Shown: positions 53,346-60,706 of the stretch, piece by piece
Layout of the letters: every line of letters starts with the position of its first letter
Numbering within the stretch: the first letter of the stretch is position 1
NCBI GenBank assembly: GCA_026389535.1
Contig: JAPLHR010000046.1
Location: 1 to 60,706, forward strand
Reading direction: 5' to 3'
Length of the DNA: 60,706 nt
Source of the DNA: Chloroflexota bacterium
Lineage (GTDB): Bacteria > Chloroflexota > Limnocylindria > Limnocylindrales > Limnocylindraceae
Made by a program: the position numbers and the translations under genes
Notes under the pieces: model-generated
Database searches by the model: none
Told to the model about the DNA's origin: nothing
The model's input: only the letters and a program-made list of their open reading frames with translations

Positions 53346-54496
53346 GCTGTCACGCTGCTGCCCTGTGGGCCCCGCTGGATCTCGCGCGAGGTCGCCTGCG
53401 CCACGAGGCTGGGGGCTAAGTCTTCGAGTGCGGTCGCCGTAATGATGCTCTGCGGTAGCGCGGCGATGCGCGCCACCAGGTGTTCGCGGCGTTGCGGGTC
53501 AAGTTCGGAGAACGCGTCGTCGAGTAAGAGGACCGGCGGGTGGCCGTGCTCGTCGGTGAGCAGCTTGATCTCAGCGAAGAGGAGCGCGAGAAGGAGGCTG
53601 CGCTGCTGCCCGCGTGACGCTGTTGGGGCGATGTCGCTCCCGCCAACGTGGAAGGCCATGTCGTCGCGGTGTGGGCCGACCAGTGTGTATCCCTGATAGC
53701 CCTCTGTCTCGGCGGTCTGGTCAAACGTCTCCGCAAGGCGCGTCGCGCATTCGCTCGCGGATTCGTCGGGGCGGTACCCCTCGCGCGAAAGGTAGTGCGT
53801 TTCAAGTTCGGCTTCGCTTGGCGCAACCTCACGGTGCGTTGCCGAGAGAACTGGGGTGAGCGCTGCAAGGAGGGCGAGGCGGCCGGCCACCACCTCTGAC
53901 CCGGTAGTGATCAGCATCTCGGTCCATGGGCGCATCTCGCTCGCGATGGCGCGGCGTGCGGCGCCGTCGGCCTCAAGCGCATCTTTGAGCAGGCGGTTGC
54001 GCTGGTGGAGCGCACGTTCGTAGCGTGTCAGGGTTGCCTCGTATCCGCGCTGCCACTGCGACGCGACGCGGTCGAGTAGTCCGCGGCGCACGGCTGGCGC
54101 GCCAACAACCAGGCCGGTCTCTTCAGGAACAAATGCCGCAACGCGCAGCCGCTCCCTTAGGGCCGCTGTGGTGCGCGGGATTCCGTTCAGTAGGTGTTTC
54201 GCTCGCCCCGCGCGCGAGATCTCCACGCCGAGCGTTGATTGCGCAAGTGTGTCGGTGGGGTTGGCGCCTTCATCGCGCACCGTGACTGTGATGGCCGCCT
54301 GGTCACCGTCGCCGGCGATCACTTCGCGCAGCGCACCTGCGCGGTGCGAGCGCCCGGTCGCGGCAATGATGCACGCCTCAAGGATGGTGGTCTTCCCTGC
54401 GCCGTTCTCACCCCAAAAGATGTGTGTCCCCGGCGTTAGCGCAACGCTGCCGTCGGCCCAGCTTCGCACCTGGTGAAGTCGCACGCTCTCAATCAT
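53342..54496 (-). CDS. recF: DNA replication and repair protein RecF
   Basis: Walker A GENGAGKTTILEA, signature SRGQQRSL, Walker B VLLLDDAFSELD. Confidence 0.92.
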   Translation of the reverse strand: MIESVRLHQVRSWADGSVALTPGTHIFWGENGAGKTTILEACIIAATGRSHRAGALREVIAGDGDQAAITVTVRDEGANPTDTLAQSTLGVEISRAGRAKHLLNGIPRTTAALRERLRVAAFVPEETGLVVGAPAVRRGLLDRVASQWQRGYEATLTRYERALHQRNRLLKDALEADGAARRAIASEMRPWTEMLITTGSEVVAGRLALLAALTPVLSATHREVAPSEAELETHYLSREGYRPDESASECATRLAETFDQTAETEGYQGYTLVGPHRDDMAFHVGGSDIAPTASRGQQRSLLLALLFAEIKLLTDEHGHPPVLLLDDAFSELDPQRREHLVARIAALPQSIITATALEDLAPSLVAQATSREIQRGPQGSSVTA

Positions 54497-54527
54497 TGCT
54501 GCGCCGCGCCTTTGCGAGCGGTGCGGG

Positions 54528-55643
54528 TCAGGAGGGCGTGCGCACCGGCATCACAACGTGCAGGTAGTCGCGACCGTCAAGCGGGCGAAGCAACCCAGGT
54601 GCGACAGGGCCGGTGAGCTCGAGTGAGAATTGATCGGCCTCAACGCGTGAGAGCACATCAACAAGATACTTCGCGTTGAATGCGATCGTTGTCCCCTCGC
54701 CCTCAACCTTCGCCTCGATGTGTGCCGCGTGGTCACCAACATCCGCCGCTGCGGTGATGTCGATAGCGCCGCCACCGGTGGTGGAGATTGCAAAGCGCAC
54801 GATGTGCGCTGATGCGTCGGCAACAACCTGCGCCAGTTTTACCGCTGAGAGGAAGCTGTCTCGGTCAAGCGTCACCTTAGTGGTGTGGCTTGTTGGAACA
54901 ACCTGCTGGAAGTTTGGGAACTGCCCCTCGATCAGACGGCTCACCAACATGGTGTCGCCGAGCTTGAATTGCAGCTGGTTCTTCGTTGGGGTGAATGTGA
55001 TCTCAACAAGATCTTCAACATCGGAGAGGAGGCGCAACAGCTCTGCATATGACCGAGCGGGCACGATCAGGCTTGTCTCTGAGGCCGCCTCTGCGAGCGG
55101 TGCACCAGCAACGGCGATGCGATAGTTGTCGGCGGCAGCGAATGTCGCCTTCTCGCCGGTGAACTTTGTCAGCACGCCGGTGAGGATCGGTCGCGCCTCG
55201 TCACCAGCGGCGGCGAAGACGGTCGACTCAAGTGCGGCCTTCAGCGCCTTCTGGGTGATGCGCGCTGTTGGTCGCTCGCTGGCGGCGCCCACCGGTGGGT
55301 AGTCGTCGGCGGGTGTGGCGCGAAGGTGTGAGGCGTTCCGGCCGCACTTGATCTGCGCGCGCCCGTCAGCAAGGAGTGAGAGGTCGATCTTCTCGTTCGG
55401 TAGGCCGTTCACCACATCGGCGAGCAGCCGGGCCGGGATGGTGGTGGAGCCCTTCTCTTCAACCTTCGCTGGAACCCAGTGGGTGATCGCAATGTCGAGG
55501 TTTGTGGCGACAAGGCGAAGCCCGCCATCCTCGGTGCCGAGGTAGACGTTCGACAGGATTGGCAGGGTGTTGCGGGTCGCCACGGCATGACCAACGATGG
55601 CGAGTCCGCGGGCTAGGTGCTCCTGGATTGCTGAGAGCTTCAT
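54528..55643 (-). CDS. dnaN: DNA polymerase III beta sliding clamp
   Basis: LPILSNVYL...LRLVATNLDIAI. Start set to ATG 55641-55643, preceded by GGAGGAA; GTG at 55655 is an alternative. Confidence 0.92.
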   Translation of the reverse strand: MKLSAIQEHLARGLAIVGHAVATRNTLPILSNVYLGTEDGGLRLVATNLDIAITHWVPAKVEEKGSTTIPARLLADVVNGLPNEKIDLSLLADGRAQIKCGRNASHLRATPADDYPPVGAASERPTARITQKALKAALESTVFAAAGDEARPILTGVLTKFTGEKATFAAADNYRIAVAGAPLAEAASETSLIVPARSYAELLRLLSDVEDLVEITFTPTKNQLQFKLGDTMLVSRLIEGQFPNFQQVVPTSHTTKVTLDRDSFLSAVKLAQVVADASAHIVRFAISTTGGGAIDITAAADVGDHAAHIEAKVEGEGTTIAFNAKYLVDVLSRVEADQFSLELTGPVAPGLLRPLDGRDYLHVVMPVRTPS

Positions 55644-55954
55644 CGGTTCCTCCACATATAGGTTCCCTCTCTAGGGTAATAGTGTCTTAGTTGTTTTAAC
55701 TCGTCATCACCGTATTAGTACTGTGGGCGGCGTGGAGAGCCGTGCTCACCTTCGCACAAACGGGCCGTGGGAAGGGCCCTTCTCCGCGTGGAGAACCCTC
55801 ACCCGGCCCCCTGAGGCACCCCTTAGGCTGGGGAGACCTTGCGGAGAACCACACCGGGTTACCCACACCTCTCTTCACACCCTCCCAGAAAAACCCCCAC
55901 AAAACCACACCTAGAGGGGCTTTATCCACGAGATTTCCACACCTGTGGTGGGGG
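55644..55954. other. oriC candidate (DnaA-box cluster plus AT-rich unwinding tract)
   Basis: TTATCCACG 55922-55930, ATTTCCACA 55933-55941, TTACCCACA 55859-55867, AGAACCACA 55845-55853, AAAACCACA 55901-55909. Opposite orientation: CGTGGAGAA 55787-55795, CGTGGAGAG 55731-55739, TGTGGTGGG 55944-55952. AT-rich tract at about 55656-55725. Confidence 0.7.
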
Positions 55955-57382
55955 CTACGGGCGGGCGGCAACCCCTTGGCCGAGGCGAAGAAGGGCTTCG
56001 CGTAGCAAGGCAACCTCTCGGCGCAGCTCGCCGTCGTAGCCCATCTCCCGTTCGATCTTGGTGCAGGCGTGAATGATGGTCGAGTGGTCGCGACCGCCCA
56101 AGGCGGCCCCAATGCGAACGAGCGAGGCGTCGGTCTCCTCGCGGGAGAGGTACGCCGCGATCTGCCGTGGGGTCACAATCTCCCGGTCACGCTTCGGTCC
56201 ACGGAGCTGCTCAACCGTCAGGCTGAAGTGCTCGGCAACGGTGGCGACCACCTGCTCTGGCTCAAGGATGCGCTTCGGGTTTGGATAGACAGCCTCGTTC
56301 AGTACGCGCGCTGCGAGCTCCATCGTGACCGGCATGCCGCTGAGTCGGCCAACAGCGACAAGTCGCGTCAGTGCGCCTTCAAGCTCGCGCACGTTGCTCT
56401 GCACGCGGCGCGCAACCTGTTCAACAACATCGTTTGCAACGATGACGCCACTCTCTTCCGCCTTGGCGCGCAAGATTGCAATGCGCGTCTCAAGATCTGG
56501 CGACGAGATGTCGGCGATGAGACCCCACTCAAATCGCGAGCGAAGGCGCTCCTCGAGCAACGAGATCTCTTTCGGTGTGCGATCCGACGTCAACACAATC
56601 TGCTTCCCGGCGGAGTGCAGCGCGTTGAAGGTGTGGAAGAACTCTTCCTGCGTGCGCTCCTTATCGGCGAGGAATTGAATGTCATCAATGAGCAGCACAT
56701 CGATCTTGCGGAAGCGCGAACGGAATGCCTCTGCGCCACCCTGCTGAATGCTGGTGATGAACTCATTCGTGAACGCTTCGCCTGTGATGTAGAGCACCTG
56801 GCGCTTCGGTGAGCGCTCAGCAACAGCGTTGCCAATGGCGTGCAACAGGTGTGTCTTGCCGAGGCCGGTGCCGCCGTACAAGAAGAGCGGATTGTATGCA
56901 CCACCAGGTCGTTCGGATACAGAGAGCGATGCTGCGTGTGCGAGACGGTTTGCTGCGCCAACAACATACGCCGCGAATGTGTAGCGAGGATTCAAGTTCG
57001 TTGCACGCGTTGGCACATCACGATCGATGATGCGCACACTCTCTTGTGGTGCGGTGACACGCGGTGCCGTGTCGGCAGAGGCGACCCCCTTCCCCTTCGC
57101 GGCGAGTGCGCCGTGCGCGTCGAGCTCAGCGTCGCTCACCACCTCTACTGAAAGCGTCACGCTGTAGCCAACAACCTTCGCCAACGTTTGTGCGATCAGG
57201 GAGCGATAGCGCTCATCAACCCAATCTTTTGCGAATCCGGACTGAACGCCGACAGCAAAGGTGGCAGTTGACTCGTCGACACGAAGGAGTGCTGTGCGAC
57301 GGAACCAGGTCTCGAAGGTGGCCGTCGAGAGGCTGATCTCCAGCTCTCCGAGGACCGCGCGCCAGACCTGTCGTTGATCCAT
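55955..57382 (-). CDS. dnaA: Chromosomal replication initiator DnaA
   Basis: Walker A GGTGLGKTHL, Walker B LLIDDIQF, domain IV HSTIIHA. Start trimmed to ATG 57380-57382 (MDQRQVWRAVLGEL). Confidence 0.93.
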   Translation of the reverse strand: MDQRQVWRAVLGELEISLSTATFETWFRRTALLRVDESTATFAVGVQSGFAKDWVDERYRSLIAQTLAKVVGYSVTLSVEVVSDAELDAHGALAAKGKGVASADTAPRVTAPQESVRIIDRDVPTRATNLNPRYTFAAYVVGAANRLAHAASLSVSERPGGAYNPLFLYGGTGLGKTHLLHAIGNAVAERSPKRQVLYITGEAFTNEFITSIQQGGAEAFRSRFRKIDVLLIDDIQFLADKERTQEEFFHTFNALHSAGKQIVLTSDRTPKEISLLEERLRSRFEWGLIADISSPDLETRIAILRAKAEESGVIVANDVVEQVARRVQSNVRELEGALTRLVAVGRLSGMPVTMELAARVLNEAVYPNPKRILEPEQVVATVAEHFSLTVEQLRGPKRDREIVTPRQIAAYLSREETDASLVRIGAALGGRDHSTIIHACTKIEREMGYDGELRREVALLREALLRLGQGVAARP

Positions 57383-57628
57383 TCCGCAGCGCCCCCTTTG
57401 TCCCGCTGGTGTACGCCACCAGCATCGCGGCAGAAGGGCGAGTCGCCGAGGAGTCGGCGGTACCACCCTGGTGCAAGATTGAGTCTGTGCTGACCGGCTT
57501 ACGCCAGCCCCTCCCACAGCCCCGCGAGAGAGACCAACCGACGGTGTGATGTCGATCAGGCCCTTTGTGGGGAGGCGGAGAATAGCACCCACGGCGCTTC
57601 CTGCAACCCCAGGCGCACCCCGATTTTG

Positions 57629-57647
57629 GATACCCCCTAGGGGTATC
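57629..57647. promoter_or_regulatory. Perfect 8-3-8 inverted repeat of the CsoR-operator type
   Basis: GATACCCC-CTA-GGGGTATC in the dnaA/rpmH divergent intergenic region. Confidence 0.4.
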
Positions 57648-57676
57648 TGGCGAAATCCCCGTTACAGGGGCAGCAA

Positions 57677-57706
57677 TTGACACCGCCGCCTGCGAGGAAC
57701 GATACT
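57677..57706 (+). promoter_or_regulatory. rpmH promoter candidate
   Basis: TTGACA (57677-57682), 18 nt, then GATACT (57701-57706), about 118 nt upstream of rpmH. Confidence 0.35.
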
Positions 57707-57823
57707 TCCCCTCTCAGAACCGCCCTCCTCGCGGCCTGAGTGAAAACTAGGAAGAACCCCTTGGGGGCCACCGCCGACGAAGGCAACCGTGGCACTTGAG
57801 ACCACTGGATCGGAGCGATACCA

Positions 57824-57958
57824 ATGAAGCGAACGTATCAGCCGAAGAAGCGCCAGCGGTTCCGCGAGCACGGATTCCGTAAGCGCATGTCGACAACGTC
57901 CGGCCGCCGGGTTCTTGCCCGACGCCGCGCACGTGGTCGCAAGCGCCTCACCGTCTGA
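57824..57958 (+). CDS. rpmH: 50S ribosomal protein L34
   Basis: Own translation (below the track length cut-off): [44 protein letters not shown]. Confidence 0.93.
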   Translation: MKRTYQPKKRQRFREHGFRKRMSTTSGRRVLARRRARGRKRLTV

Positions 57959-57993
57959 TCAAGGCGGCGCGTACGCGCCCCAGGCGCATCGAC

Positions 57994-58332
57994 ATGTTGC
58001 GCACACCCTCTGACTTCGCCGCGCTAAGCGCCGCACCCGGCGTTACCACGCCGCTGCTCGGCGTTCGCCATCGCACCGTCGCCGTCACAGAGGGCACCGC
58101 GTCACTCCGACTCGGCATCGCAACGAGCCGCAAGGTAGGGAACGCCGTGGTGCGCAATCGCATCCGCCGTCGACTGAAGAGCATCGCGCGCGAGCTTGCA
58201 CCACAAATGCGCCCTGGCGCAGAGATCCTGATCGGCGTTCGCACTGCAGCCAGCACCGCGACCAGCGCAGAGCTGCGCGCCGCGCTCACCGAGTGCCTGC
58301 GCCGCGCCCGACTCGTTGAGGTCTCTGCATGA
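57994..58332 (+). CDS. rnpA: Ribonuclease P protein component
   Basis: Position after rpm[22 protein letters not shown] motif. Confidence 0.88.
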   Translation: MLRTPSDFAALSAAPGVTTPLLGVRHRTVAVTEGTASLRLGIATSRKVGNAVVRNRIRRRLKSIARELAPQMRPGAEILIGVRTAASTATSAELRAALTECLRRARLVEVSA

Positions 58333-58565
58333 CCGCGCTGCGGCGTGTTGCCAATCTTCCAGCGATCGCTGGAACGCTGTTGATCAAGGGATACCGCGTG
58401 TTGTTCTTTTGGCTCCCGTCGAGCTGCCGCTTCGAGCCGAGCTGCTCGCGCTATACAGAGGAGGCGATCTTGAAGTACGGACTACTTAAAGGTTCATGGA
58501 TGGGGGCCAGGCGCATCGCGCGCTGCTCGCCACTCAGCGCTGGCGGATTGGATCCGGTCCGATGA
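58329..58565 (+). CDS. yidD: Membrane protein insertion efficiency factor YidD
   Basis: [19 protein letters not shown]...RIARCSP. Confidence 0.88.
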   Translation: MTALRRVANLPAIAGTLLIKGYRVLFFWLPSSCRFEPSCSRYTEEAILKYGLLKGSWMGARRIARCSPLSAGGLDPVR

Positions 58566-59698
58566 GCCGCCACACGTTGAAGATCTTCGCACTGCTCGGC
58601 TTCGCACTGCTCCTGGTTGCCGCATGCGGCGGCGCTGGAGCAACGGCGAGCGTGAGCCCAACACCACACCCGCCGCTCGTTCCTGCTGCACCAGGTGCGG
58701 ATCCGTTTAGCCTCCTCGCCTGGCTCTTCACGCCAGTCTTCCAGGCGCTCTTCGTAGGACTCGTGCTGCTCGATCGCCTCACTGGCGACATTGGCATCTC
58801 AATCCTAATCTTGACGCTCGTTATTCGCGTCATCTTGATTTCGCCGTACCGCAAGCAGCTGGTCTCACAGAAGCGAACCCAACTTCTTGCGCCAGAGGTG
58901 GCGGAGATTCAGCGACGCTACAAGGGCGACAAGGTCAAGATTCAACAGGCGCAGATGGAGCTCTATAAGTCGCGTGGCGTCAGCCCGTTCGGCGGCTGCC
59001 TCCCAACACTGTTGCAGTTCATCGTGCTGATTCCGATGTACACCGTGATCTCCAACGGCCTTACGAACCCAGACCCTACGGCCATGCTGAGCGTGTTCGG
59101 ATTCAACGTTGGTGACGCAGTTGGCCTGGTGTGCGCAAACGGTCTCGGCACGCCGACGTACAACAACATGAAGCCATGTATTGAAGCAACGGTGCCGTGG
59201 CTCGGTGGGCTCAATGCCTCGCTGCCGTCAGTCATTGACGTCGCCGGATTCGGCGTCTCGATTCTTGCAATCATTAGCGCACTTCTTCAGGTCATTCAGA
59301 CGCGCATGGTAATCAATCCGAATGCGTCAAAGAACGATCCAATGTCAGGCGCCCAGGGTCAGACCATGGTGCTCCTGCCTCTTATTTCGGTACTGTACGG
59401 CGGGATTCTTCCCGCCGGCCTGTTCATTTACTGGATCTCGTCCACGCTGTTCTCGATCGGGCAGCAGTACTTGATCCTCGGCTACGGTGGGCTCTTCCCG
59501 CTCTTCGGCTGGACGCCCGCCTTTGCCGTTAACCATGCCCCGCGTTTCCCAGTGGCGATGCCGGAATTGATTCCGGATGCCCCTGGGGAAGTTGTGGCAC
59601 CACACGAGCGAACGGAGCTTGACCGCGCCGCATCAGCGGCCGCCACGATTCGTTCGGCGAAGAAGCGCGACCGACATGGTCGACGAGGGAGTAAGTAA
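58562..59698 (+). CDS. yidC: Membrane insertase YidC/Oxa1 family, lipoprotein type
   Basis: Start set to ATG 58562 (ATGA overlap with yidD). Lipobox LLVAAC. Motifs [28 protein letters not shown] and [17 protein letters not shown]. Confidence 0.9.
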   Translation: MSRHTLKIFALLGFALLLVAACGGAGATASVSPTPHPPLVPAAPGADPFSLLAWLFTPVFQALFVGLVLLDRLTGDIGISILILTLVIRVILISPYRKQLVSQKRTQLLAPEVAEIQRRYKGDKVKIQQAQMELYKSRGVSPFGGCLPTLLQFIVLIPMYTVISNGLTNPDPTAMLSVFGFNVGDAVGLVCANGLGTPTYNNMKPCIEATVPWLGGLNASLPSVIDVAGFGVSILAIISALLQVIQTRMVINPNASKNDPMSGAQGQTMVLLPLISVLYGGILPAGLFIYWISSTLFSIGQQYLILGYGGLFPLFGWTPAFAVNHAPRFPVAMPELIPDAPGEVVAPHERTELDRAASAAATIRSAKKRDRHGRRGSK

Positions 59699-60606
59699 TG
59701 GCAAACGAGAGCGCATATCAGGAGTTCACCGGGAAGAGCGTTGAAGAGGCACTGAAGGGCGCCTGCGAGGCGTTCAAGGTTGGCATCGGCGATCTCGACT
59801 TCGAGATCATTGCCCCAGGGTCGCGCGGCGTGCTCGGCATGGGCGCTGAGCCTGCCCGCATCGTCGCTGCGCCAATCAGCGCACTCGGCGGCGCCGCTCC
59901 GAAGCGTGCCGGCGAGTCAAGCCGCCCAGCACCAGCACCAGCACCGGTTCGCGAAGAGCGTGCGCCGCGCCCAGCACCACGCAGTGATGCACCCGTAGAG
60001 CGAGCCGCTGCACCGCGAGCCGCAGCACGCCCAGCGCCACGCGGCGACCGTGCCCCACGACCAGAGCGTGCGCCGCGCCCCGAGCGCGCGCCACGTGAGG
60101 ATCGCGAGCCACGAGAGCGACGCGAGCGCAGCGAAACGACGCCAGAGATGATCAGCGGCGGCAAGGAGATCCTTGAGACGCTGGTGAAGCACCTTGGCTT
60201 CGAGGCCGAAGTGCGCACCACTGGAACTGGTGCTGACACCGTGTTGAACGTTGCCGGCACCTCACCAGAGGCGGTCGATGAGTTGAACAACTTGATTGGC
60301 GGCCGCGGTGAGCGACTGCAGGCGATCCAGCACCTGGTCAACCTGATGCTCAGCCGCAAGATGGGTGAGTGGGCGCGTGTCACCGTAGACATCGAAGAGT
60401 ATCGAGGTCGACGTGAGGCACAGCTCCGCGCACTTGCGCGCAAGGCGGCAGACCGCGTCAAGGAGACCGGCCGCGCCGTGCAGCTTGAGCCAATGACGGC
60501 GCTGGAGCGCCGCTGGATTCACGTTGAGCTTCAGGAAATGGACAACATTGCGACCGAGTCGGCGGGCGAAGAGCCAGAGCGCCGCGTCGTCGTGATTCCA
60601 GCCTAA
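59698..60606 (+). CDS. jag: Jag/KhpB-family RNA-binding protein (Jag_N, KH, R3H) with Pro/Arg/Glu-rich linker
   Basis: Jag_N (FTGKSVEEALKGACEAF). C-terminal R3H (LEPMTALERRWIHVEL). Linker RAPRPERAPRPERAPREDREPRERRERSE. Confidence 0.85.
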   Translation: MANESAYQEFTGKSVEEALKGACEAFKVGIGDLDFEIIAPGSRGVLGMGAEPARIVAAPISALGGAAPKRAGESSRPAPAPAPVREERAPRPAPRSDAPVERAAAPRAAARPAPRGDRAPRPERAPRPERAPREDREPRERRERSETTPEMISGGKEILETLVKHLGFEAEVRTTGTGADTVLNVAGTSPEAVDELNNLIGGRGERLQAIQHLVNLMLSRKMGEWARVTVDIEEYRGRREAQLRALARKAADRVKETGRAVQLEPMTALERRWIHVELQEMDNIATESAGEEPERRVVVIPA

Positions 60607-60622
60607 TAACCCGCTCGGCCAA

Positions 60623-60706
60623 CATGCCGACAAAGGATCCACGACGGGAGGCGCACTTCCCTGCAATTGAGAAGCGCTACGGCGAACCGATGAAGCACTG
60701 GTTTGC
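60623..60706 (+). CDS. Hypothetical protein, N-terminal 28 codons only (runs off the window)
   Basis: Own translation from ATG 60623: MPTKDPRREAHFPAIEKRYGEPMKHWF... The family is not confidently recognised. Confidence 0.35.

Noticed and set aside
55696-56112. ORFs of 61-138 aa spanning the dnaA-dnaN spacer
   Set aside because: They cover the DnaA-box cluster and the dnaA 3' end, have Pro/Gly/Arg-rich composition, and have no ribosome-binding sites. The region is interpreted as oriC instead.
59950-60130. Short tandem repeats (cgc/gcc/gag-rich, PERAPR units) that might have been a repeat element
   Set aside because: They are in frame inside jag and encode its low-complexity Pro/Arg/Glu linker. 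This is not a CRISPR array, a VNTR-type intergenic repeat or a mobile element.
1-60706. Search for CRISPR arrays, IS elements, integrases, prophage or toxin-antitoxin/defence cassettes
   Set aside because: No regularly spaced direct repeats were seen. No transposase, integrase or recombinase-like ORFs and no terminal inverted repeats were found. The nuclease-type genes (NYN, DUF1524, BFN, the PD-(D/E)xK-like candidate) are dispersed among housekeeping genes rather than arranged as a recognisable defence system.

Overview
High-GC bacterial chromosomal segment with about 65 genes. I found no rRNA, CRISPR array, transposase, integrase or phage genes. It covers the replication-origin neighbourhood: rpmH-rnpA-yidD-yidC-jag (plus strand, 57.8-60.6 kb) diverges from dnaA-dnaN-recF-dciA (minus strand, 53.0-57.4 kb). 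A DnaA-box cluster and an AT-rich tract lie in the dnaA-dnaN spacer. Other recognisable blocks are listed below.
- A phosphatidylinositol/PIM-type lipid cluster (ArsR regulator, CDP-alcohol phosphatidyltransferase, ino1, two acyltransferases, a PHP phosphoesterase, a PimA-like GT4; 19.8-26.3 kb).
- An hspR-lon operon.
- csoR-rsmG.
- hpt.
- A NYN-protein-holB-unknown-thioesterase operon.
- Two cyclophilins.
- tRNA-Asp and tRNA-Arg.
- A GT2 gene divergent from a 1394-aa double GT-C glycosyltransferase.
- folK next to a divergent purH.

The most unusual feature is the complex I (nuo) operon at 26.4-41.0 kb. Its order is nuoA-B-C-D-H-[NuoI N-half::NuoE-like]-[NuoF-like]-[2Fe-2S::GltD-like flavoprotein::Fe-S domains::NuoI C-half]-J-K-L-M-N. 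nuoI appears split, and each half is fused in frame to one end of an inserted NuoE/NuoF/GltD-type NAD(P)H module. The operon is preceded by an NDUFAF7/DUF185-type methyltransferase. Gene content (PIM genes, HspR, DciA, lipoprotein YidC, PIG-L deacetylase) suggests an Actinomycetota-like or related Terrabacteria lineage, but I cannot assign taxonomy from sequence alone. The track marks GTG and TTG starts as M, and many long track ORFs are GC-driven antisense shadows of real genes; I did not call these.
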